Assembly (NCBI GenBank): GCA_050575255.1
Contig: JBNZDD010013429.1
Location: 129,732-193,731, forward strand
Source: Harriotta raleighana
Lineage: Eukaryota
Direction: 5' to 3'
Length of the DNA: 64,000 nucleotides
In this document: piece by piece, positions 13,601 to 25,600 of the stretch
How the letters are laid out: each line of letters starts with the position of its first letter
Position numbering within the stretch: the stretch's first letter is position 1
Program-made: the position numbers and the translations under genes
Notes under the pieces: model-generated
What the model was told of the DNA's origin: nothing
The model's input: only the letters and a program-made list of their open reading frames with translations
Database searches by the model: none

Positions 13601-16600
13601 AACCTAACCTGAGTTGTTCTTCAATAAGTCTCCATCCGTCCTAATCTACTCTTTCTTTCTTCCTCCCTCCCCGGCATTGTCACTTTGAAGGGGGTATAAT
13701 AATAACAGGCTTGGAGGAAGTGTAGAAGCAACAACAACAACAGTTCCATTTGTATAGTGCCTTTCATGTCAGGAGGATGTTTCAAGTCCCTGGACGGTCA
13801 GGAATCCGCACACGAGCTGGTGGTTGGGATCAGTGCAGAGAAGGGGGGGGTAGGGGTAGGAGGGTGACTGAAGGCACAGACAAAGAGGAGAGTTTTGAGA
13901 TGGGTGTTGAAGGAGGCGAACAAGGAAGCCACATGGAGACACTGTGGCATTGATTTCCAGAGGATCAATCAATCAATCAAAATTTGATTTATATAGATAG
14001 TGATAGAGAGGTTGAAAGCAAGCCAGAACTCACTGAGCAAAGGGAGCAGACAGGTTGATAGGGGGTTAGGAGGTCACAGAGTTAGGGAAGGTGAATAACA
14101 ACAACAAATTATATTTTATAAGCATGTTCAGGAGGGATGAAGACCTGGAAGGGTGGGGTTAGAGGATGGTTGAAGGTGTAGTCAAAGAGTAAGGTCTTGA
14201 AGGAGTCAAGGAAGGGTAAAAGATGAAGGGACTATGGAATGGAGTTCCAAATGATGAGGGCAGAAAGGATGGAGGAGCGACCGGCAAGGGTGGGCAGGTG
14301 TCTGGGCAGGAATCACGGATTACACCAGAATCCACCTTGTGGAAGGAGCGGACAGGCCAGTATGGCGTTAGCAGGTCTCAGAGGTAGGAAGTAGCAAGGG
14401 CATGGAGGGCTTTGTAGATGAGGATGAGTATTTTGAACTCTAGGCTTTGGGGATGGGAGACAGTTGAGGCAGAAGAGGATTGAGATGATAGAATCATAGA
14501 GCTTGGAGTAGGCTTGGAGGAGCTGCAATGTTCAAAACATTGGTTGGGGTTCTGAGGTTTATGGAGTTGGGAAGACCGACTCGCACAGAGTTAGCATAAT
14601 CAAGCCTGAATGTGATACCAAACTGGAAAATCCCCTGGTCTTTATAAATCCATAACCTGCTCATTGGTTTAGCGACTTCTAGGATCCATCAGTATCAAAT
14701 TTCAATTCTAAATTTCGATATGTTTCACAGTATGGAGATCACTGGACCATGCTTGCAGCATCTGCCAAGTAGCCAAGCTCTCAGCAGACAAAATGTTGTG
14801 AACTAAATTAGAATTTTCTAAAGATTGAGCTTTGCCACTGAAGATCATGTTTGAGTCTCAATTCACATACGTACCATATACCCATCCAATGCATAAAACT
14901 TCAAAAGTTGACAGGAATAGCAGACATGTTCCGCTGACTGCATAGTAATCAAGCAGCTGTAAGATATACATCCCACCCTGAAAAAAAGAACTTACCAATT
15001 AGCCTTTTTAATGATACTTTACCGGGTTGAAATGTCACAAAAAACTTTACAGTAAATATTGACAAGTGCAATGACTATTTTGCTCAGGAATTTTGCAGCC
15101 CACAAAGAGCCAATTAAGTTAATGACAATTTAATTTGGATAATTGATGGCTACATCACCAAGTAAAATCCCTTTCACACTTTTTAAATTGCCAGATCTTT
15201 AACGTCCACTTGCATGTAGGACACCAGTTTAATATTTAACGTTTGGCATCTCTGACAATATAGTATTTTGTCATAACTGCACTGGATAATCAAATTAAGT
15301 TCAAAGGTCAAATCCTGACATGGAGATAAGAATGAAAGCAGCTATTGTACAACATAGAGTATATTCAGGTCAACAATGTTAACATTTACTAAAATCCAGA
15401 TCATTCATAGCTTTCTTTAAAGCTAAACAATTATTCAATCTACTTCACCTGTTTTTTAGGCAAACAAAGCTTCAATGCTCTTTTAGTTTGAAGCGCTCTG
15501 AGACGCCATCTGGCACGGAGAGCACTAAATAAATCGCAGTTGTTGTTGTTGTAGTTATTTGAGGAAATTACTGAATGGTTGTAATATTTTCAAATATGAA
15601 ACAAAATACCCTGCAGGACTAAGGAACTGACTCAGAACGGACAGAACAAATTGATCTTACAAGAACAACAACAAAATTACATTTGTAGAGCACCTTTCAT
15701 GTCGGGAGGATGCCCCAAGGCGCTGAAGAGTCGGGGTCCCGAGCATGGGTTGGGGGAGGACAGGATTGGGATGAGGGAGGGCAGAGAGTTATATGGTGGC
15801 TGAAAGCACGGTCGAAAAGGAGGGTCTTGAGTCAGGCCTTGAGGAGGCAAGAAAGGGAGCAAGGCAAAGCAATAGTGAGATGGAGGAAAGGATGGGAGCA
15901 GAGAGCCTGAAATTCCAGCTGCCGATAGTATGGCAGGTCGGGCTGGAGACATGGAACAGGCTGGAGTCTGCTGAACAGAGGGAGCAGACAGATTGATAAA
16001 GGTCAGCAGGTTAGAGATGTAGGAGGGGTGTAGAAAGTTGTCTCTTATCCAGGACTTGATTTCTGACGGGCACTCTGTTAGGTTGCTAGTTGCCCTGGAA
16101 TTGAGCATGGAAGCAGAAAGATAAGAGTTGGGTGTCATCTGTGGTCCATGTGAAAATTGACCCCACTGTGGATGATGTCACCAAGGGGAAGCATCTGGAG
16201 GTTGAAGAGGAGGGAACCAAGGACAGAGGAACACCAAATGAGCTGGTAGAAAAATCATTCGCGGAGACAAATTGGAGACGGTGTGAGAGATAAGACCCGA
16301 ACTAGTCAAGGATAGCACTTTGAAGGTTGAGGTGAGAGGAGAGATGGTGGAGGAGGATTGAGTGGTTCATGGTGTCAAAGGCAGTATGGCGGTCAAGGAG
16401 GATGAGGAGGCAGAGGATCCTAGTCACAGATGACAGGATATCAAGCTAGAGTCTTGCTTCTTGCAAACACAATCAGCATTATATTCAATACACACCACAT
16501 CACATGTGTTGAAGGCTAATCACACCGCCCACCTCTCCCTCTCCCCATTGTACACCATCTCCCATGTAACTCCATTCTCTATTGTACCAACTGGTCAATG

Positions 16601-19600
16601 GAAATCCTGCTCCCAGCATTCAAATGCATCTTAGCAGGATGAGCTAATGTTCAGTAAAACTCTCTCCCCTAATCCCTTCACCTTGACCCTCCCTCTACAA
16701 TTTCAAATCCTACCTAAAGACTTTCCTTTCTCCCCCCCCCCAATTTTTGTTGTTTTTGATCATGCTTATAGTCACCTCCCACTCATTCTCCCTGGCTTGG
16801 GATCAGACTCCAGCTCTGTTAAGCACTCCGGGACTCCATCCGGCATGAAGGACACTATATAAATGTTATTGTTAGAAATTTTATCCACAAAATAGCATTT
16901 GATGGCAGAATGCAGAATCTAATCCTTCTGTTTGACGCTCCACCTTTTGCGTTCGAAGGACATCTCAAAGCACTTCACAGGATATACCATAAAGTGTTTT
17001 GACTGTGATTTGGATAGCAAATATGGCAAGTAATTTTCCCACAGCAATAAACTGGCACTGAGTCAATAACCATTTTTATCTGGGAAATTGTTGGCCAAGA
17101 CACTGGCAAAAATTCATCTCTTTTTGAGTCGCATGATTGGATCTTAAACATCTACCTTAACAGGCAGATTAGGCCTTGGTTTAATGTCTCATCTGAATTT
17201 ACAGAAAATCAGCTTTAAAGTTAAGTCGGGAATATGTGAATTTCCCAAACTCAGCTCACTCTGAAATGCTTCATGAAGAGAATAAATCCAGACAAAGTGG
17301 AATTTTCCTCCCCAGTAGTGATCATTTTGAACAATAGCTTTGACAATAATTTGACAACACCAGCCTCAACTTGATTATTGCCCTTATATCTTGCAAACAG
17401 CAAAAATTGTTGCCATTTGCTTAGGTTGCTGTGAGTGAGCAAATGCACCACCGACCGTACCTACAAGATGGCCAAACGTGAGGCAAGCATTGTTTGATTG
17501 CCCAAAGAAAGCATTGCGCTTGTCAGACATCCTTATGTGGGAGTGATTTTGGAAGGAAGAGAAAGTAATGCAAACCTTCCAAGTCTTACCCATAATTTTC
17601 AATGTCAACCTGAGATTCGTCTGCCAAAAAGTAATGTCCCTAATGTTCTTCCATTTGTCCAGCCCAGAGAACAGGATGCTAAAAACAGGAAAAAATTATT
17701 TTGTTTTCATGAGCACAACAAGGAACTCTCACCTGTGTCACCAACAACAGTCCAAAAGAAAATGAGACCATTGCGATCGCTAGGATAAGAAACTCTCGAC
17801 GATTCTTTCCTTCGAATTTTGTTGGAAATAAGTCGATAATCGATGTTGCAAAACACTCAACACCTACAAACTACAAAGGATGAAGGTTAAAAGAAGCATC
17901 TCTTGAACAAATGAATCAAAGTAATGCACTTCAAAGGTGAAGAATAGGAAATAATTCACCCATCATTGCGCACAATGCAATGTTGCTTTATTATTGTAAT
18001 TCTGACCACATGGATTACATATAATAATAGTAATAATAATAATCCTTGAATTTGATATAGTGCTTTTCACATCTTATTGACGTCTCAAAGTGCTTCGCAG
18101 AATATATTGTAAAGTGAATTGACTATATTTGTGAGCTAAATGTGGCAGCCAATTGCTCACAGCAAACAGTCGTGGATTGAAATGACCAATTTTTATTATT
18201 GTGGGTTTTTTGGGAGGGATTATTATATACAAATGTTGCAAAGTCCATCCATTTCTGTGCTGCGACTTTTCATTTTAAAGGTGAATCTGTATATATGGAG
18301 GCAACACTTTTCAGGGGAAGAGACCAATCAGATAGAACCCTACTTTATCCCTTTATCCCATTGTTGAGGCAGTTACCTGACTGTCCAGACCCAGAAGGAT
18401 GATCATGAGGAAGAATAAAAAGGCCCAGAGTTGTGAGAAAGGCATCATGGTAATTGCTTTGGGATATGCAATAAAGACAAGACCAGGACCTATGAAAAAT
18501 ACATCCACAGAGATCAAAAAATGTTCAGCAGAACGCATTTACAGTAAAAATCCGATAATCCGGCACGTTTGGGACCTAGGCGCCGGATTGGCAAATATGA
18601 CGGATTATTGGACGTTACACTTAGGGATGAGAGGATTTGAGTGTGCTGTGCTCTTATCTATGTTACATACCTGTATAGCAAAAACCAGAGCTCTCCCCAT
18701 CCCGGCGGAGCAAGAGGTCTGTCTAAAGAGGCATCGCACCCACCAAATGTTAATTTTTTCAAAAATAAAATTGCGTGCACCTGCGCACTTATTAAACATG
18801 ACATCAGTGACGGGCCCTGAGGAAAATGCTACGAGAAGTGTGAAGGCTCTCTGGGAAGAGATGCGCATAGAGATGCGCATATTGGAAAAGGGCGGACAGT
18901 CGCAGATGCCGGACTATAAGGCATTCCGGATTAACAGGTGCTGGATTAACGGAATTTTATTGGGTTTGTAAATCTCTCTGAAAAGACAGATGTCATTTTT
19001 CCTCATTTCTTTCTACCAACAACCAAACAGTCAGCATCCAACAAAGCAATACTTCGGCTTATTCACTTTGATTTATTCACTTTGGCTTGTTCACATCTGC
19101 TGGAAAGTTTGTACTCTTATAGAACGATTACACACTGTACCTCATTCACGATGTTAGAGATCCGATTTCTCCGGTTAAAAATTTAGGTTACAGCCAGCCT
19201 CCGATTAACCAGATAGTACAGAATATCTCTTTATTTTAGTTCGGAAATAAGGTTACAGCCAGCCTCTATTCCTTATATTAAAAGCAGATTCTTTATTCAG
19301 GTATACTCATAGAGCTGACACTAAAGCATATAAACTAACTAGTCAACACATGACTACAAGTCAACACATGACTTCAAGGCGAACATTATTATCTAGGTTT
19401 CTCTTAATGCAATCTCATACACCAATACTACCCGGCACGCATTCTTCGGGGTTCAGGGGAAATAGTCCTTTCCTCTTCTTTCTCCTCTCATCTTACCTGT
19501 CGTTAAACAGAACAACTGGAACTTATGACCAGTTCCAGTAGTTCTGGACAACAGTGGCAGGCTGGAGATCTCGGCTTGTATGCATGTTCCCCACAGCGCA

Positions 19601-22600
19601 AGCGAGGGGAGCCCGATGATTCCTATTCCCCTGTCACCATCCCAAGTTGTAAGATCCCTGATCCAGACAAATTGGCTAAAAACAACCAGCGTGCTCACAG
19701 GGGACAGCAATACCAGCTGTGGCCAGCTTAAGGTCGGAAGTTATACACCCCTGTACAATATTACCCAATATCCCCCAAGCCTCAACGTTCCGATGTTGAG
19801 GGGGGCCTGGTGTTTTACCCAGACCGGTAATGGAACCCCGATGGGTCACAGCATATGTAACTACACGGTGCCACTAGGGTCCACCGACATAACAGGGGAG
19901 TCAGCTAGCATCTCCCTGAAAGCGACGGGTTGTAAAGTCGCAGACGGTTCAGTCTTAAGTGTGCAAGTAGAACAAGCGAACCTCCGTGGGCCCAACGGTA
20001 CGTACTTCGTCTGCGGTTGGAAGGCGTACCCTTGGCTCCCTTTAAACTGGACCGGCTCATGCTATCTGGCTCATATCCTCCCCAACGTGCATTACCATGC
20101 CCACACCCAAGGACAAGGACCCCAGACCCACGTCCATCGACGTTCCTTGGGCTGGTATGAGAAGCTCTTTGGAGTATTTGTGCCTCCCTATGGGTTGTAT
20201 AGAACCAACCAAGAGTTGGAGGCCCTAGAGGCTGTACTGGAGTCAGTCGCCAATGACACCGCTGAGGCCCTGTTAGACCTCTCTGCTGAGGTAGTGGCCA
20301 TCCGAACCGTCACATTGCAAAACAGGATAGCTCTTGATCTGTTACTAGCCGAAAAAGGGGGCACGTGCGCACTGATTGGCTCAGAGTGCTGCACTTATAT
20401 TCCCGACTCATCCGAAAACATCACAAACCTGGTCCAACACATTCGTACCCAGGTGGGATCTCTCAACCGTGGCGTCCAGCTACCCACCTGGTGGACCAGT
20501 TGGATGTCAGGCTGGGGTTCTTGGTTTTTACATGCCCTCGTGGTCGTCATTGTGTTTTTACTGGTATGTTGTTTAGTGATACAAGTAGTCAAGATGTGCC
20601 TTGCCCGGTGTATTGATACGGTCGTTAAACCGGTCATGTCGACCCATGTGGTTCAGCGACCTGAGCATAACCCGGATAGAGGTTACAAGTTTGTACCCCT
20701 CCTGAAATTGTGATACCTCATGTTTATTCGGTATCAAGGTGGGGACTGTTGTGTTATGAGGGTGAAAGAGCAGCGTGAAAATGTTACCACTAGAATGACC
20801 TCTATCCGAGTAAGGTTGAGACTTGTTATTCGAGAGGAAAAACTGCAAGGAAAGTTCTCTGGGATAAGGGAGAGATAAGAGACCTTGTACATGAAGTACT
20901 GGCTGTTGGATGTAAGGTTATGTCTAGGGGAAAGGTGTAAAAACATTCTATTCTTGGTACGTGAACTCCTCTTGTGCAGACAACGGATTGGAGAAGAGCC
21001 TGTGCCAGCAACCTTAAGAAGGCACGCTTGAGAAAGAAGAGTGTGCTGATACAACAGAAGATTGGATGGAAGAACCGTGTGAAACGGTGTAACGAAAAGA
21101 CAACAGAAGACCTGAGACGAGAAAGGAGACAGGGTAAAGCCCTGCCACGAGTTCTAACCGGGTATTATAACCGCTGAATTATATTACTAAAGTTGTAATC
21201 GTAGTTAACTGTATACTTTGACCAAGTCCGTCCCATATTTGGGAAGCTCAAATAAAGAATCTGCTTTTAATTTTAAGGAATAGAGGCTGGCTGTAACCTT
21301 ATTTCCAAATTAAAATAAAGAGATATCTTGATCTCTAACAACGATTCCTATTGAACCATTGAAGTGAAGTGCTAAAACTGCAGAATACCAAAGTTGAGAA
21401 AAGGAGTTGAGAAAATAAGTCAAAAAGCACTCTTGGGGTAACTCTCAGGTTTGAATTTGAAAAGCTTGCACAGATTTGAGTGACGAAAAAGCTAACTATT
21501 GAGGTTCTGAAAAAGAATAATTTGAAGCACTAAATCTTGATTTAATAATAATTATTTTATTTGACCTAATGTTTTATTATGTCATTGAGACATCTCAAAG
21601 TGCTTTAGAGAATATACTGTAGAGTGAATTCATTATATTTTGTGGGTGAAATGTGGCAGCCAATTGGATACACACACCAATGTCCCACAAACAGTTGTGG
21701 TTTGAGTGACCAATTTTTTTGTTGGGTAATGATGGTGGTGAGTGCTATTACCCCTGAAAAGTGATTCACCAATCGACTAACAGTCGGGTTCCTACTTGTT
21801 GCTAGGTACATGTGGAGTAAGGAAACTTGCCTAAGGTTTCACCCTGTTTCATTGTAGTGAAGATGCAAGATGATGTATTTGAAGGCTGAGAAGTAGCTCA
21901 TTCTGAGTGTGAGAAGCTCCCTGAATGTGGGAATGGAAGAGACTAAATCCAAGTATTCAAGTAGCACCCCGTTATATTGGAGCCTAATTTAATGTATATT
22001 CAACTTGAATTTATATAATTCATTAAAATCTTGAATTATTAAAGATGACAAAATGTCAAAAACGCCGAAGAACAAAAGAGATTCAGAGTGTAAGCAATTG
22101 TTGAGGTCTTTTGATCCACATACTCAGTGTGCTGTCACGGTTACCATATTCTTGCAGGGAAATGGAAAGGCCTACAAGCAGCCTACATGAGTTTACAACA
22201 AAATATAGACTCAGAGCTGCTTGATGCACAGTCAGCTAAACAAGCAGCCTGCAGATTAAAATAACCAGTGGGTCCCAGCAAGGGGAAAAAAACTTGCATT
22301 CGCATCATACAGTGAACAGAGCCACACTTGTATATAAGACAATACTCGTCACTCCTTATGGTCACTAACTATGGCCATCATCTGCTCCACACTGACATGT
22401 ACAGGACTCCTGTGGTCACGGTTGATTTCACATTTCTTTACTAATGTAATATTGTGCTTTTGGATGTTATAGTTCTGTGTGATTATTATATTTGTAATAA
22501 ATATAATTTTATTGATTTGCTCCCATTGTTGTGTAACTTCATAGAATCATAGAAAGTTCCAGCACAGACGGAGGCCATTCGGCCGATCGAGTCTGTGCTG

Positions 22601-25600
22601 ACTCTCTGACAGAGCAATGTCACTTTCATTAACCCCAATCACCAGCTTTCTCCCCATAACCCTGCAAACCTGTCTTCCCCAGATACCTAACCAGTTCTCT
22701 CTTAAAAAGTTGTTGTTGTTTATATGCCAGGAAGCCAAATGTTGCTCGGTGTTAATAAAGGGCTTTTGTTTCAGATTTCCGACATCTGCAGTATTTTACG
22801 TTTTTTTTAATAAAGGGCTGTTGTTTTTAACAAATGTATCCTCGAGTCTCTGTAGTATCCTAGACAAGGAAAGCAGTAAGCACTTTGGAAGTATTTGTCA
22901 ACATCGGAGGTCTACTAGCCTGAGCAGACTCCAATTAGACATTCTGGCTCCTGGAAATTGGAGGTCACTGGGAATACCTGGCTGTGTGTGACTCTGACTT
23001 GGTTGATTTTAACCTTTGAAAAGGGAACTCACACCGACAGAGTTAGAAGAGAAACACTTAGCACAAAACAATAAACATTAAAAAGGTTTGCAAGTACATC
23101 AAGGGATGAGGCCAGCCTGTGATTCAGTTTCCAATCCTTGTGCTTAAATAAATTATAAATGTTATTTAAACAGTTTTAAAAATAAGAGTGCACCCTACCA
23201 GACTCTGCCACTTCAGAGATGGGTATTCCCTGTTCATATGACATGAATCCCAGCACAGAAAACACAGCAATACCAGATACTAAACTTGTTCCGCTGTTCA
23301 AAGCACTCAGAAACAAACAGTCTCTGGGGGGAGGAGAAGAAATCTTATCATTCGGAAAAATAGCTACATGCTGGAGAAAGTTTCAGTCATAAATCATAGA
23401 AACAAAACTGAGTTCTGTTTGAGATGATAGCCTGGGACAACAATGAGTTCTGAACCTGGGTGATTAATGAGATCCAAATCTCTCTCAAGTTGTGCAACAT
23501 ATAGAAGGTATGATATGTGATAGTGAATATAAATGGCAAGTAAATTAATTAGCATAACATTTGAGAATTGAAAGTCATGGAGATGTTTAAGTAATGTATT
23601 ACTTTGAAACCCATAAGATGTGATGTCCTTTGATGAATAATTAACTTTCAGGATTTAATTATACTTTAAAAATAATATTTCATGCATTACATCATTCTAT
23701 TTCTTAACCGAACATGTTTAGAACTTCTCGGCAGAAGGCTGCCAGGATAATGAATAATTATGTACAATGAAGAAGTCAGGATAATGACTAATTTTGTTCA
23801 ATGAACAACAGCAACCTTAGCACTCCAGAGCTTTAGTATTCATCATCTTTACTGTCAAAGGGACATTTCGTCCCATTATTGGGGTATATATTAACTCCCT
23901 GAGCTGAAAGTATGCTGTACTTTCACTTCTGGGAATATGGGTGATAAATCGAGACAACTAATTAGAGATTTGAACTAGTGTGATATACAGCAGATACCAT
24001 CAGTCTCCAGAACAATGATTCAAATTATGCCCATATGATGGGTTGAAAATTCTTTTTGACAGCTGTAAGGATTCAACCTGCTAAAATTCGAAGCATGCAT
24101 ATCAGTACAGTCCATATCAGGACACATTCCCAACGGGGTCAAGCAGTCTCCAACAGATGGGGAACCCTCACTTCACTCCATAGCATTGATTTGAAAGCAC
24201 TGTATTTTAACTAGCTATGTTTTAACTCACTGAAACACCTTCATGGAACACTTATATAAATTGAGCCTGCATCTTAAAGAAGCATTATCGTCTACTTGTT
24301 TGGAGGACAGAGAGACTGGGAATAACACTATACCTGTAGCAGTTATTGTTGTATTTATTGTAGCTTCCCAGGGATGTAAGGGCACCCAGACATACAGCAT
24401 AGGAAAATAAAATCTGAGTACCAGCATCCATCCATACCTGCGGTAAACAAAAAAACCATATGTGATCATATACAACAGTTTGTGCAGGTATACTTTGGTA
24501 GCAATTTGAAATCCACGTCAAAAGGCTCTGAACTAAAATGCTACATGTCTTTCAAGTTCAGTATCATACCGTCAAAGGTATAGACTTAGACAAACAATTA
24601 CATCAAGGTCCCATGCCCCCATTCTTTAGGTGATAAACATCCCATTGAAAAAGAGAAAGGAATTTTTTCCAGTGTTCAAATTCATCCTTTAAAATCAAGA
24701 ATGACCAATAGCAATGCACTAAAGCAAGGATTCCCAATTTGTAGCCTGCAGGCCACATATCTCATTGCAAGACTGAAAAGCCCTAGATTATCCTGACACT
24801 TTTTAATGTGTATTCCACTAATATGAAGAATCATCCTCAAGGCTTTACGTTGCACTGCACTGCCTCCAAGATGAAGAAATTATATTATCCCTTATGTCAG
24901 AGGCAAAGAACCCAGCATATGGCCAGCAACACTTAGCCCAAAGATTTGGTTACCTGAGGATCAGATAGTCTGGACAAGTCAGGATACATGTAGAACTTGA
25001 TTCCCTCGGCAGCACCAGGCAAGGTCAAGCCTCTGATCAGAAGTATGGTCAGCATCACGTACGGGAAGGTAGCGGTGAAATAGACAACCTGCAAAACAAA
25101 ACCATGGAAACGGTATGCTGTGACATTAATGTTTCGCCCTGAGATGGTAGCGCTCTCACCAATAGCAAAGGAAGAGTGCAAATTTCTTGCAGTTAAACGT
25201 CAACAGGATGGAAGCCATACTCTTTGGTTCCCATCAACATCCTCTGTCCTGCAGTTGAGTGCTGGTTGATCTCACATCCCATCCACTGTAGCTCTGGAGG
25301 AGGATGACATTGTTGCAGATTTCATCCTTCACTCTGTATCTACCCATTCAAGTGGACATTCATGTTAATGGAAACATTATTCAAAAAGATAAGTGAAGTT
25401 CTTCAAGTGTCCCGGCCAACAATCCTTCAGGTAAATTTATTGTTGACCATATAGATGGTTGAATGAGTTTACTGGTGGAAAATCACAGCCATATTTTCTG
25501 GCAAACATTGTCACTGAATTTGATAACTTTTACTATAAAGCTATATTTGAGATGTTTTGATCAAATGAAGGACACTAAAAATACAAGTTCTTCTTTCTTT

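Larger units (their letters stand above)
19152..21340 (+). mobile_element. Endogenous retrovirus-derived env element with inverted LTR-end termini
   Basis: TGTTAGAGATC...GATCTCTAACA termini, ACGA TSD (19148-19151 and 21341-21344), env ORF, PPT and 3' LTR. Confidence 0.9.

Noticed and set aside
18399-18971. 190-aa plus-strand ORF
   Set aside because: Antisense to gene A exon 9 and running through a MITE; no recognisable domain.
19152-21340. DIRS or DNA-transposon interpretation of the inverted termini
   Set aside because: No tyrosine recombinase or transposase. DIRS elements generally leave no such TSD, and the repeats are the poly(A)/U5 end of an LTR that follows env and a PPT.
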